Origin: Syncephalis fuscata S228
Lineage: Eukaryota > Fungi > Zoopagomycota
Direction: 5' to 3'
DNA: 64,000 bases
Assembly: GCA_025786725.1 (NCBI GenBank)
Contig: JAHLTZ010000007.1
Coordinates: forward strand, 620,001-684,000
Within the stretch, counting starts at the first letter, position 1. Each line of letters begins with the position of its first letter. The translations under genes were made by a program, and so were the position numbers. Shown here in pieces: positions 1-13,346 of the stretch. Below the pieces are notes generated by a model. It was not told the DNA's origin and made no database searches. It was given only the letters and a program-made list of their open reading frames with translations.

Positions 1-5
1 CCAGC

Positions 6-1348
6 GTGAACGATCTACGAGCGCCTAAACGGAAATCATCGATGATGAGCACACCTTTGGCGGTGGTGGGTGCGGTTATACGCCGTACAAGTTCAGCTTT
101 GCCCCTGGCCCCTATTAATACCAATGTTAATCCAACAGCAACAGCTATTAAATCGCCCTCCTCTCCATTGGCCTCACCAAGTAGTTTTAATAGCAGTATG
201 CAACGGAAGGTATCGATTAAACGAGTGGCCGACCCATTCTGCATTGATCCATCGGAACTGAAGTTTTTTTCAATCGATGATAATACATCGGATGCCGAGT
301 CAGCTTTATTCGCTACACCGGGCCTACCTGATGCGGCATTTTGGCGTGCCGTCACACGTTCCTATCCATTAGTGGCGCGTCGAACACCGCATTTACTAGC
401 GAGTCGATTACGACAAGGTGTGCCGCCACCATTACGTGGTCGTGTTTGGCGGTCGTTGACTCGATCGGCCGCTACGCATTTAGCACCTGTTTATCCGAAA
501 TTGCTAGCAGAACGATCGCCATTTGATAAAATTATTATACGTGATTTAGCTCGTACTTTTCCGGGTGTGCCTATGTTCCGCGAGGCCGGCGGTAAAGGTC
601 AGCGGGCACTAGGCCGTCTATTACGAGCCTATGCTATTTATGATGCAGAGGTCGGCTACTGTCAAGGCTTAGGCTTTTTAGCCGGTCCTCTACTAATGAA
701 CATGCCTGAAGTCGATGCCTTTTGTACGTTTGTGCGTCTACTTGATTCATTTAATCTACGTACGATGTTTACACCAACGATGAGTGGACTGCATTTACGA
801 TTACATCAACTAAGTCGACTTATTGAAATGCATCTGCCGGCCATTTATGCCCACCTTAACGAACATGCTATTCCTACACCACTTTTCGGTTCACAATGGT
901 TCCTTACTCTGTTTGCCTACAATTATCCATTACCATTCGTGCTACGTGTATGGGATGTAGCAATGGCCGAGGGTGTAGCGGAAACGGTACTGCGCGTGGG
1001 ACTTGCTTTATTAGAGCGTAATTATCGTCGACTTATGCGCTGTAACGATTTTGAAAGTCTAGTTCGTATGCTTACTCGAGGTTTATGGCACGTTGAGTCT
1101 ACTGTAACGTCGCCTTCGTCAGATACTGCTATTACTGTCGATGTTAATGTTACGACGTCAACGGCGACATTAGAAGCCAATGGAAGCGAAGAAGAAGCAT
1201 TTATGCTACGTGAAGTTAATGAGATTATGTTGAAGCAGTTGGCTGGGGCAAAGTAGTGACGCCTGAGACACTGGAAGCATTGAAAGAAGAATGGGAGCGC
1301 GACCACTTATCTCCCGTACAAACACCAACTAAAGAACAACGACGCTAA
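6..1348 (+). CDS. Rab-GAP TBC domain protein (Gyp5/EVI5-like), probably 5'-partial
   Basis: TBC motifs GVPPPLRGRVW, IIRDLARTFP (IxxDxxR), YCQG, SQWFLTLFAY, LRVWD. The ORF stops at 1256; one extra A at 1250-1252 continues it as KVVTPETLEALKEEWERD... to TAA 1348. Confidence 0.9.
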
Positions 1349-1671
1349 TATAATATTGCCATCTTCTTATGTTATGTTGAATCTATTTACTTTGTCTTTT
1401 TCTTGTTTTGGGTGGGTATGTGTGTGTGTTTGGTGTTATTAACACAATTAATAAATTTATTAATTCATTAGTAAAATGTAAAACATAATTAATTAATTAA
1501 TTTTATAAATGACGCTATTGAAACAGTTAAGCCAACTATAGCTTAGTGACACTTCTTTTTTCTTTTCTGTTCTCTACTTACACCACTATACTCTGTGTAA
1601 GTTTTATTACTGCATAGCTCAACTATGGCTATACTAATTAATGGCTATTTACTTGATAAATATAGTAAACT

Positions 1672-3056
1672 ATGTCTTTTTTTACACGCGCCGCGCAAGC
1701 AACAACTCAGGTAAACTAGTATAGATATGAATATAAAAGCATTTATGCTAACAATTCTATTGTATTAGCGTTATTATACAACGCGAGCAGTTGGTTTGGC
1801 AGTTGCTGGCGTGTCGACAACATTAGCCACATCTTATGCGTTAAACCGTTCGGTTTATGCGCAAGGTCGTGAGGAAAAGGTAGGTGTTCAAATCAGAGCG
1901 GATCTATAGAAGGCATGACGTACTTATGCAAACACGGTATAGTTGGGCATTTATGATGAGCCAGTGGCCACCAATGTTGATCAGGAGCCCTCTCCAAGTC
2001 GTCTACAAGTATTGCTTGGTGAAGCACGGGAGAAAGCAACACAAATTGCCCACGAAGCAACGGTAAGTTAATCGATAATAAAGGTTATAATTAATAGCAA
2101 ATGCTATTTATTATTAGACCCATAGTAAAGGATTTGTTGATACAGTTATTAAAGCTGAAGGGGAAGTAGAACGTAAGTTTGTATAATTACAGCTGTTTAA
2201 AACCTGCTAATGTGTATAAATAGGTACGGTGCGTAAAGTTCATGCTAAGGAAGAGCCTATGATGCCAAATCTATTGTATATTGGATTGGCTGCTCTGGCC
2301 GGCAGCATTCTTGCCACGCGTCGATCGATTGTTGCACGCGTTGCATTCCCAACATTGGCAGCACTTGGTGCATCTTACTACTTTATGCCGAATACAACCC
2401 GTTCATCACTTCATCTTCTTCGCGATACGGCCGATTCGGATGAAGTGCGCGGTAAAGTGCGCCAACATGCACCCAGCGTACTAGATACTAGTGATCGGGC
2501 TCGTGAAACGGTTACTCAAGGTGTAAATCAAGTGGGCCAGCTACGCCGCAACATCGAGGAGACTGTTAGTGATAAAGTAGCGAAGGCTCGTCGTGAAATC
2601 GACTCGCTTGAGCATCGTGTACGTGGTTCGCTTGGCGGAGCTAGCGACGAACTTAATCATCGTACACGCGATGTCAATGACGAACTAAAGAAGAAGGCAG
2701 AAGAAGCACGTCAACAAGCCGAACACGTATCAGGTTGGCTACGGGCCCGTGGTGATGAAGTTGCCGAAGCATTGCCAGAGGTTGAAAAAGCCGTTACGAG
2801 CACTAGTGATAAATTGCGCGAATCAACACAAGAATTACGCGAACGCGTTGAATCTGGTCTTAAAGATGCGCGAGAAACGCTTGATGGCGCGGTAAAGCAA
2901 ACACAGGAGCAAAGCCGTGATGCGGCCGATTGGGTCCAGGTTAAGGTTGACGAAGGACGCGAAAAGGCCCAGAAAGTATTGGATCAAGGTCGTGAAAAAC
3001 TAAAGCAAGCTGAGCATTCGTTACGTTCCGATGAAGCAGGCCGTCGTCCATCATAA
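1672..3056 (+). CDS. MICOS subunit Mic26/Mic27 (apolipoprotein O family), 5 coding exons
   Basis: Spliced N-terminus MSFFTRAAQATTQRYYTTRAVGLAVAG (presequence-like), LGIYDEP, and the hydrophobic hairpin EPMMPNLLYIGLAALAGSILATRRSIVARVAFP...YFMPNT typical of ApoO, then a long helical tail. Confidence 0.75.
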
Positions 3057-3389
3057 AAATTTGATTTAGAATAAAATGACTTTTATTTTTCTAATTATTA
3101 GTATTATTATTAATGTTAAATAATATACAAGTGATATATTCTTAAGTTGTTGTATGATAATAGTATTTTTATAAAACAATTACTGATCAAATATAATGGG
3201 CTTATAATAAAAGATTTGCTATAATATATAAACAATGCAGCCATTATCTAGTTAATATACAAATATAAATCAAGGTGGGTTATTAGACATAGCAAAAATA
3301 AAATCACGTTAAAACATATTTTTTCACCAATTCATTCTAATTATTGTTACTGTTTGCACTATTTATTTTTGGTTTATTAATTAAACGCA

Positions 3390-4960
3390 ATGGAATGTAT
3401 TATTTGCTATGAACCATTTCCGGGAGAAAGTCAAGGTCTTTTGTCACCAGTAGCTGCTATGCCTTGTAAGTATTGGCAATTCATTAGGATACATATTAAT
3501 AATTAAAACACGGTCAAGGTGGCCATATTTTTCATAGTAGCTGGCAAGTACAAGATACATAGTTGCTATTGTACTGTTTTACTAATATTCTACATAGTGC
3601 TATACGTTGTTTAAATGTTTCACGTAAATGTCCAACCTGTCGCAGGCAACCAATTCGTAGTGATAATTTAATCTATCTTTATGGGGATTGGGAAAATACT
3701 GCAAAGAAATCGGCGACCATTTCAGACAATCAGCAAAAAGAAGAACTGACAATGGATTGTGCTGTAAGGCTAATTACTAGGTGTTTTTACTAAAATTGAT
3801 AATCAAAGTATAGACAAAACTAGAACTAATGAAACAGCATATAAATGAGTGGTTGGCTGATGCTGCAGTACAAAAAGAAGCGCAAGAAAAAGAATTGAAA
3901 ACAATGCGTACCGAGTTGCGTGATCAAACAAATAAGATTGATCGTATAAGTTTTGATTTAAATGAAAAACGACAGGAAAACTTATCGTTAACAGCTCGTT
4001 TAAACGAGACTAGCATAAAGCTAAAGCAGAAAACCGATGAGGCACAAGAATACATAATGTTGCAGCGTAAGTCAAATTCTGTTACCATTTGTTATTGATT
4101 AATTGTGATGCATAGTGTACAAAAAATACTAAAAAAATCACTTGATTCCGAAGTTCAAGCTGATTTAAAACAATATACGAAGTCGAATCAATCCACACAA
4201 CACTTAGTATTGATAGCACTGCTTAGTGAAATGAGCGAAATGCGCAGGTACCACAACCAAAATCATTATATTATTAATATTTGGTAACTAATACCTATTT
4301 TAATAGACAACTAGCAATGACCAAAAATGAACTGGAAAAAGAAAAACACCTTAGTAATACAACAGAAACGCGAATGCGCATTGCTACTACACAATTATGC
4401 CAAGAACAAGCAAAGGTAAGCAAGCAATTATAGTTAATGATACAATCATTGTTTAAAAATAATATATATATCGTAATTATAGGTCCGTTCATTGAATACA
4501 AAACAAGAGGCGTTAAGAATAAAATTGGAGCAAACTACAAAAGAGCTAGAACTAGCACATAAAAAACTACAACCAAAAAATGATAATAACAATATTAAGT
4601 TTAACACAAAAAATGTAGAACTATTTACTACACAAATAATAAATTAGTAGATAATGGTACTATTCATGCCAGTCTATAAAAGGCTTGGTAAAAGAAGCAC
4701 AGCCAGCATCATTGCCACCATCCGCTCCACTTTTCTTAAATGGTGCGCGAAAAAGAACTATGACAGGAGTAACATTAGGGGCAAGAACGGGAACAGTAAG
4801 TGCTAAATTAATTTTATTACTATAATAATTTACTGTTAAATAGTCAAAGCGGCCTCCTGGCCATTATTCATTTGATGGGATGGGCGGTAGTTCACGTAAA
4901 TTAAGTTCTTTGCCATTAAGTCGAATGCCAGCAAACAATACTCGATTTAAGCGTAAATAG
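3390..4960 (+). CDS. TRAIP/NOPO-like RING-H2 E3 ubiquitin ligase, copy 1 (multi-exon, apparent -1 frameshifts at ~4053, ~4636, ~4675)
   Basis: Splicing 3390-3465/3519-3543/3598- gives MECIICYEPFPGESQGLLSPVAAMPCGHIFHSSCAIRCLNVSRKCPTCR. Coiled coil follows; the last exon encodes YSFDGMGGSSRK, resembling the TRAIP C-terminal FDGLGGRxK motif. Confidence 0.7.
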
Positions 4961-5242
4961 CATCAATAATTGTTTAATATTTTATATAATTGCGATTTCT
5001 GTTATAAAATTGCTGATTTAAGCTATAATTGAAAGTTAAAGTTATTCGATGTTGATAATAATTATTTTATTGAATTAATATCAAACATCTGACTAGGCTA
5101 CCTTTCTGCTTTCCTCTACTTTTTTGGTTGTTTGATCAACGTTGCATCATTACATTAATGATGCTGTGGCTATTATCTTTTATATTATTTTATAGTTTAT
5201 TGCTCACATTCTATTACTAAAAAAAATCAATAATTTAAACAT

Positions 5243-6250
5243 TAAACTGTCAATCAGTTTTTACTACTGAGAAGTGTGATTTGTTGATACAGTGTCATAT
5301 TAACCCAATCAAATCAATCAGTATTAATTAATTAGCACTATTTCAATATCAAAATAAATATTAAATAATATTTCACGTTACTTATAATAAAATATAATAA
5401 ATAAATGTTAATCCATATTATTGTTGCTGTAAAGTATTCAAAGCATTATAATTTGATATTTAATGTTGCTCACCATCCAGTTCCATGTTTAGCAGAATAA
5501 CAAATGTGTAGTTCAATCAAGTAAAGGATGTCGTTTGGTTGTTTGACACTAAATTACATAAGTCTACTTGTTAATTAATATATGGAAGCTATTCTACTTT
5601 ACTCCCATATTTTTTATTTACCCATTTCATACTTTTTTCTTAATACTTTTAAACACCATTAAACATTTATTTGTCGCTATTCCATGTATAAGATTGCATC
5701 CAGCATTAACTAATTTATGTGTAATTATCAATACAATGCTGTAATTAATTAGTTATCTTTATTATTGCTTTAATATATATATTGTCATTATGCTATAAAT
5801 TGTTCAAATGTCATTTATTTAGTCAGATTGGCTATAAAGAAAGTGGCTGTTCAATAAACGACATTTATAATAATTATATTAATCTTGATCTTACATCACA
5901 AATATGCCCAAAATACAATAGTAGAATATTAGAAAATAGAAGAGACCATTCAGATGTAATAATTCATACTGTATGTAGCAACAATAACAACAAATGCATA
6001 ATGACATGGGATTGCAATCATATGACTTCTATTAATATTTAATCAATCTTTCTACGTATAGCCAACAGCAACAACAATCAGCCTCAAATGTTTCAAAAAA
6101 TCAAATAATATGTTATATTGTTTATTTAAATCAATTTATTAACAACGTTTAATAGAAAGTAATATAACTATATTGTACCTAATAATAGTATGACTTTAAT
6201 TGAAATGAGTTTTGCTTTAAGAACTCAAAATAGGGGAGCCAAAGTAAAAC
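5243..6250. repeat. Dispersed AT-rich repeat copy A, including a MITE-like unit at ~5595-6246
   Basis: Near-identical to the reverse complement of ~39065-40030; its 3' part also matches 35390-35705. Imperfect inverted ends TACTTT-ACTCCCATAT ... ATAGGGGAGCCAAAGTA. Confidence 0.8.
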
Positions 6251-6772
6251 TCTACATTATGTATATTGCTATGCGTTGCAACTGAGCATAAAATTGAAAG
6301 GTACACGTCACCTACATATCCGCACTGCATGAGCTGCAACGCTCAATACCAATGCATATACGACTGCTTAGCTCTTAATAAAACATTGGCATTTGCTCTA
6401 TTATCATTTTACTCCTATTCAGTTCAGTCCTTACAACAACATTTTTATTACATTGTTTCAGTTTGATTGTTAGAATTGTCTTGAAATATACTGTTCCAAT
6501 TCGCTAACAATAGCCGTGAATGAATGAAAGAGAATTGGTTAAACTGACTTTATCATTTTAACTTAACTAAACAAGTTACCGGCTGACATAATTATTTAAA
6601 CAACAAACGTGACTGGCATTATAGGCTACTGTATAACCACCCGCTTGTCCCTTATTTTGTTACGTCTTTTCAAAAAAACCGTAACAGCGCTAAAGTAGCT
6701 TTTTTATCAATTCATCCTGTTTTATTTCTATTATTGAAGCTATTTGCCATTTTAGTTTATCAATTAAACGCA

Positions 6773-8692
6773 ATGGAATGTATTATTTGCTATGAACCAT
6801 TTCCGGGAGAAAGTCAAGGTCTTTTGTCACCAGTAGCTGCTATGCCTTGTAAGTATTGGCAATTCATTAGGATACATATTAATAATTAAAACACGGTCAA
6901 GGTGGCCATATTTTCATAGTAGCTGGCAAGTACAAGATACATAGTTGCTATTGTACTGTTTTACTAATATTCTACATAGTGCTATACGTTGTTTAAATGT
7001 TTCACGTAAATGTCCAACCTGTCGCAGGCAACCAATTCGTATTGATAATTTAATCTATCTTTATGGGGATTGGGAGAGTATTAAAAATAACCAAAATGTA
7101 AGTATAGCTATTAAATGCTTTAACTGGATTTGTAATAAAGTACATAAGAAGCAAGAGGCAATGAAGCGGCGTATAGATGAGTTGTTGAACAGTGCAGCGA
7201 CGGAAAAAGAAGCGCACAAAAACGAAATAGAAGCAATGCGTGCCGAATTGAATAATCAAAAGGAATTTATTGTGGACATGAATAGTATTTTGGATTATTC
7301 ACGTCAGGGAAATATAGCTTTGAAAGCTCGTTTAAATGAGACTAGCATAAAGCTAAAGCAGAAAACCGAAGAGGCACAAGAATACCATAATGTTGCGGCG
7401 TAAGTCAAATTCTGTTACCATTTGTTATTGATTAATTGTGATGTACAGTGTAAAGAAACTACTGAAAAAACCGCTTGACTCTGAAGTTCAAGACAGTTTA
7501 AAACGGTATGCCGAGTCGGATCAATCTACGCAACACTTAGTAGTAATGACATTGCTTGATGAAATGAGTGAAATGCGCAGGTGATACAACTAATAATCGT
7601 TATATATGCTACTTTTATTAATTAATCAAAGCTTTAATAGTGAACTAGCAATGGCTAAATATGATTTGGAAAATGAAAGGCAGCTTAGTAATGAAATGGG
7701 AAAGAAAATGGATGTTGCTACTACACAACTATGTCAAGAGCAAGCAAAGGTAAGCAAGTAGCTATAGTTAATGTTGTAATTACTGTTTAAATATAATATC
7801 TAATGCAATTATAGATCCATTCATTAAATACAATAAAAGATGGATTACAATTAAAATTGGAACAGACTAATGCAGATTTTTCTGTAAGTTAGCCATTAAC
7901 TTATCTAACTAAAATTGATAAACAAAGCATAGAAGAAGTTAAAGGCTATGGAGCGTAGTATGTATAAGTGGTTGGCCAATGCTGCAATACAAAAACAAGC
8001 GCACAAAAAAGAATTAGAAATAACACGTGCTGAGTTGTATAAGCAAACAAAGAAGATTGAGCATATGAATCTTGATTTGAATGATAAATGTCAAGAGAAT
8101 GTGGCATTAAAAGCTCGTTTGAACGAAACTAGCGTAGAGCTAAACCAGAAAGCTGATGAGATACAAAAATATCATAATATTGCTGCGTAAGTTAGAACCT
8201 CATCACCATTTGTTACTGATTAACTGTGATGTATAGTATACCAAAAATACTACAAGAATCATTTGATTCTGAAGCTCAAGCCAATTTAGAAGAGTATACA
8301 AAGTCGAATCAATCTGCGCAAGATTTAGTATCAATAACATTGTTTAATGAATTAAATGAACTGCGCAGGTGATACAACCAACAACTATTATAGTCATTAC
8401 TTTTATTAACTAATAATTACTTTGATAGACGACTAGCTATGACTAAGGATCAAGTTGGAAAGGAAAAATTCTATCGTAATGCAGCAGAAATACGACTACG
8501 CGTTGCTAATACACAGCTATTCAGTGAACAAACAAGGGTAAGCAAGCAGTTATAATTAATAAGGCAGTTATTGTTTAAAAATAGCAGCTAATGTAGTTGT
8601 AGGTCCGTTTATTAAATGCAACACAAGAAGCATTAAAGCTGAAATTGGAGCAAACTACAAAAGAGTTGGAGTTGGCACATAAAGAAGTATAG
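6773..8692 (+). CDS. TRAIP-like RING protein, copy 2, with a duplicated coiled-coil module and truncated C-terminus (possible pseudogene)
   Basis: First ~300 bp nearly identical to 3390-3690, introns included; one T missing at 6911-6914. Coiled-coil exon set occurs twice (~7140-7883 and ~7933-8690). TAG at 8690-8692 where copy 1 has CAA; degenerate homologous tail to ~8910. Confidence 0.65.
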
Positions 8693-9353
8693 TCAGAAAA
8701 AGATAATTGCAAGTTTGGCTTAGAAGATAATGAGCTATTTATTGCACAAAGTAATAAGGCAGAAGGCCATAAATCTAGTTATCCCATCCTATAGAAAGTT
8801 TGGTAACAAATTACAGCCAGCAACGTTATTGCCATCATTACCTTTTTGAATGACGCACACGAAGAATTATAACTAGAGTAGTGATAAGAGTGGATACAGG
8901 AATAGCAAGTGTTAAGCTAGTTTTATCAATATAGCAATTTAGCGTTAAACAATTAGAATATTATACTTATTGCACTTTATATAGTTTCTATTGCATCGTC
9001 GTTATTACGCTATTTGCTATGCTTCTAACCTTTTTTTTACGTGACAGTTAACTACATACCAATGGTTTTACTATGACGTACAAGTTTTTCTTTTTTTCAT
9101 TAAACTAGCCAGTAACAATACTAGCGAGCGTCTTTTTATTATAAATAAATATCAGACAGTAATAAGCAGATTAGTATTAAGTAATAAGATGATTAATAGT
9201 TTATTGGATATACCTTGATGATCACCAATCTAATCTTCATCAGAATCAGTATTCTGCATCGTAGATCTCTCATCACAGTCACATTTATAGTTCCGCGCGA
9301 ATTTTATTACGTGATTCTTTTTCTCTCTTTCTTCTATTTTTGCCACTAGTAGA

Positions 9354-10706
9354 ATGCAACAGAAAGATAGCTTTTCGATAGACGACCTTGTTCGCCCCAA
9401 TATCCGGGCACTTACACCTTATCGCTGTGCCCGCGATGACTATAATCAGGGCATGCTACTAGATGCCAACGAGAATGCACATGGTCCGGCTATGCTATCC
9501 GGCGCTACACTTGACTCGGCGGCATTAGCAGAGTTGACGGAACGAGCTAGCAGCTATCATCGCTACCCGGACCCGTTGAATCTTAAAGTCAAGAAACAAT
9601 ACACTGATTGGCGTGGCTTGCCTGGACCCGAATGGGCTTTCTTTGGCGTAGGTTCCGACGAAGCTATCGATATGATAATGCGCGTATTTGGCATACCTGG
9701 CAAGCAGAAAATCCTTATTTGTCCACCGACCTACGGTATGTATAGCGTATCAGCCGCCACCAACGATCTTGGTGTTGTTAAGGTTCCGCTTGACGTTGAA
9801 GAGGGCCGATTCCAGTTACGAGTCGATGACGTAAGCTTCTGTAGCTACAGTTAAAGTGTCATGCTAATCAACCACATTAATAATGGGCTATTATGATTTG
9901 TGAATAGATTCTGGCCGAAACAGCAAAGGATGCGGATATTCAGATTATGTTTCTATGCTCCCCGGGTAATCCTACTGGTGTTTGCTTGGCCAAGCGCGAT
10001 TTGCGACGTATTCTTGAGTCGGACTATCACGGTATTGTCGTAGTGGATGAGGCATACGTCGATTTTATTGAAAAATCCGACGATGGTAACGCCGACGAGG
10101 ACGAAGAAAATAGTAAAGGCAGTGTTGCTAAATGGACAATGCGCTATCCAAATCTTATTGTCATGCAGACATTAAGTAAAAGCTTTGGCCTTGCTGCCAT
10201 TCGGTATGGTTTTTAATGGTTATTAGTACTTGAAACTGATTTATCATAATAGATTAGGAATTGCTATTGCTTCACCCAAAATCATATTCTGGATGAATGT
10301 AGTCAAGGCGCCATATAATATTCCTGCGCCCACAATTGCCCTGGCCGAGCATGCTTTATCGTCACAGGGCATTCAAGGAATGAAAAACGTAGTACAGGAG
10401 CTACTTTGTGAGCGTAAGCGTTTATCAGAGCTTCTTATCACGCTGCCTGGAGTATTACGCGTCATGGGCAACAAAGATGCAAATTTTGTTCTATGTATTA
10501 TTGGTAAACGTGATAGCAATGAGCCAGATAATCAACGGGCTGAGAATATTTATCGCTGGATGGCCGATAACGGCGTGGTAGTGCGATATCGTGGCAAGGA
10601 ACTTGGCTGCACTGGTTGTTTACGAGTTACAGTTGGCACTTCAGCGGAAATTGATGCAACTATTGCAAAATTGACCGAAGCATTGGCCAATCAATCGTTA
10701 GGTTAA
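9354..10706 (+). CDS. HIS5: Histidinol-phosphate aminotransferase, 3 exons
   Basis: LVRPNIRALTPYRCARDDY, LLDANEN, RYPDP, GVGSDEAID, PPTYGMY, CSPGNPTG, VVVDEAYVDF, TLSKSFGLAAIR (PLP lysine), VVVRYRG. Confidence 0.97.
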
Positions 10707-10795
10707 CTTGTTTTAACGACGACAGCTACTAGTCAATTTTATTACTGTTCGTTTGAATAAATACACAGATATGAATATAAATCTATATTGTTAAA

Positions 10796-11863
10796 TTACA
10801 TATGGCTCGAATGCTGTGCACCGTGTGTCCATGTCGGTGTCCATGTAATCCCTGTGCCTAGCGTGGCACAGAAAGGTCGTGGCTCGGGCATATTTTCCTT
10901 TACAGAGCTGCATTGCTGTGTCGATAAAGTAGCTTTTTCTGAATAAAAATATTGAGTTATCCCACTAAAACAGTCAAAAGTATTTCGTTTTACCGGCATG
11001 TTTATTTCTTCTTTGTTATGCGGCATATTTATACTGATTGATTCTGACTGTTCATTAGTAATATCTGCATGCTCATTACTTCCTCTATCCTCTATTTTGT
11101 CGTGGACATCCGTTAGACACATCCATTCAGCCCAAACCTGCACGGACATTAAGCCTACACCAAGCAAAATGGTAATAAATCCAATGATGCATTTAAACCG
11201 ATAACTAAACCTTTCGGCCCGCACTCGACTTTCATATATTGAGATTAAATAGTTTGCTACTGCCTGTTTACTTGCTGTTTCGGTTGGTTCATTAGATTGA
11301 TGATTCAAATTGGTGGGCTTATTTTGAAAGTTATTTCGCAAATAATGTGTTGACTGTCCATACAAATCGGTGTATACATCAAAAAGATCCGTTTGTTTTT
11401 GTTCTTCGATTAGTCTGTTTAAATATTGCAGATCAAATACGCCGCCATCTCTTTGTATTTCTAATAATTTTTCGATATTTTTTGTTGATTTGTTGTTAAG
11501 TGGCAGGCGAATAAACATATTCATTCCTATCAATGATAACAATAATCCTATAAGTGAGATGATTCGAAAAGTCCAGCGAAAGTCAGAGGATATTGGCCGT
11601 AGATTGCGATATTGATGACGCTTTTGATTTATTCCATTTATTTTGTGTTGACTAACTTTGATAGAGTCAATGTTTTGTTTTACATCATCAACTCCTGTTT
11701 GATTACTACTAGCTGATGTTGGCGTGTTGTGATCTGATGAATGTTCAATTGGTTCGTCAGTCTTGTTATTACACTTGCTGGCCGGCCAACAGCATAGATG
11801 TATAACTTCATGGTTTGGTTCTTGCATGGACGTATAAGCAGTGTCGTAGCGACTATAATCCAT
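10796..11863 (-). CDS. Hypothetical protein with two predicted transmembrane helices
   Basis: Intronless ~355-aa ORF from MDYSRYD with hydrophobic stretches IISLIGLLLSLIGMNMFI and CIIGFITILLGVGLMSVQVW; no family recognised. Confidence 0.55.
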   Translation of the reverse strand: MDYSRYDTAYTSMQEPNHEVIHLCCWPASKCNNKTDEPIEHSSDHNTPTSASSNQTGVDDVKQNIDSIKVSQHKINGINQKRHQYRNLRPISSDFRWTFRIISLIGLLLSLIGMNMFIRLPLNNKSTKNIEKLLEIQRDGGVFDLQYLNRLIEEQKQTDLFDVYTDLYGQSTHYLRNNFQNKPTNLNHQSNEPTETASKQAVANYLISIYESRVRAERFSYRFKCIIGFITILLGVGLMSVQVWAEWMCLTDVHDKIEDRGSNEHADITNEQSESISINMPHNKEEINMPVKRNTFDCFSGITQYFYSEKATLSTQQCSSVKENMPEPRPFCATLGTGITWTPTWTHGAQHSSHM

Positions 11864-13031
11864 TATTGCGTAGCTAGTGTGCTTTTGATGCAGCAATATA
11901 TAAAAAGTAGTATGAAGCGATATAGTATACAGTTGTTGTGCTTTGCTATACGTGAGAATAAGTGATATTGAAGCTACAACTAATGGTATAAGATTAAATG
12001 TTTTTACATTTTGTATACAAGTTTGTTAAAGAGCAATAACTTGGCCAATGCGTCATAGTATCCCCTTTACTGTTTATTCTTTAGCACCCCTTGCAGTCAA
12101 CGTGAAATGTAGAACGTAGATAGAATTATTGTAAAGTAACCACTGTTGATCCACCCCACGTTACAGGATGGTGGAAAGGGGCGGTGCTGAGGGGGGAGAC
12201 TGATGTCACCAAACAATGTATACCCTTTGAAACAGCCATTCAATGACATCACAATAACATTACGTAGAAGGAATACGTACATAGCTAATGATTTTCTCTG
12301 GTTTGAAACTAGGCTGTTATAATGCTTTATTCTATCTATATAGCTGTAGTACGTAGATAATGAATAATAATAATAAGGTTACCAATTTAATGCGACAGCA
12401 GAGACTAACAGTCCAATAGCCTAATATGCCGTGAAACAGCATAGACGGCGCTTAATCAGGAGGTGGATCGGGGCATATAAAAAACAACACTTGTCTTGTT
12501 GGCAGAGCTGTACTAGCATCAATTGTCTATGCAGGAGATTGGTGTAACTTTTCTATGCCCAAACTGTAGCGATTGATTTATTCTCATTGACTACAAAGCA
12601 TTCATGGCTGACTTTTATTCTGAATAAAACGCATCACTTGTATTGGCTAGCATGAGAAACAGCGCCGCCTTGTAGGCATGTAAATAGTAATTTATTTGCT
12701 CAATTAATAACTATTTTTATTTGCAGTGTAAGTATGAGAACTTTTAGGACCAAATTGTTGCGTAACTGGACAATTGAATCCCAGTCCATACGAATATTGT
12801 AATACCGGGGTAGAGCGTTTCACACAGTATTACCAGTTTCAACTATACTTGTTTCATTCATTCTTATTGGCACACACGTGTGTAGAGTGATCGACGTCTG
12901 GTATTTATAAGCGTCGTTTGTTGACCAATCTATTGTTTTCTTACGCACACTTCTATCTTATTTACTACCAAGTAGCCAACCATCCAACCAACTATTCTTT
13001 ACAACTAGCCGGGCTCAACCTCTATACTACT

Positions 13032-13346
13032 ATGCATCTTATCAACTTTTTGGCTATTAGCATGCTGGCATGCACCACAAGCGCCTTTATCCTACCCAAT
13101 CCTCGTCTCATATGTCCTATGATGGTGACTAAATGTTCTTGTAAAAGCGATTCTCTCTGTGTGCGTAATACGGCTTTATTTTCGTGCAATACAGTAATGT
13201 GCGTGCCACTTAAGCCGAACAAGGGCTGCCAGGCTCCGAAATGCGCATCTAAATGCAAGTCAACACAGCAGTGTCTCTATGTTGGTGCTACATCCAAGGA
13301 CTGCGGCAAACCTACTTGTGTTGAGCCATCTGAAACTTTGATGTAA
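13032..13346 (+). CDS. Small secreted cysteine-rich protein (104 aa, two 6-Cys modules)
   Basis: Signal peptide MHLINFLAISMLACTTSA; 12 Cys in the mature part in two similar modules, each ending C-x4-C-V; TATA-like TATTTATAA upstream. Confidence 0.8.
   Translation: MHLINFLAISMLACTTSAFILPNPRLICPMMVTKCSCKSDSLCVRNTALFSCNTVMCVPLKPNKGCQAPKCASKCKSTQQCLYVGATSKDCGKPTCVEPSETLM

Noticed and set aside
12167-12198. G-rich tract that might form a G-quadruplex or ncRNA
   Set aside because: Irregular G runs and no recognisable RNA structure or family.
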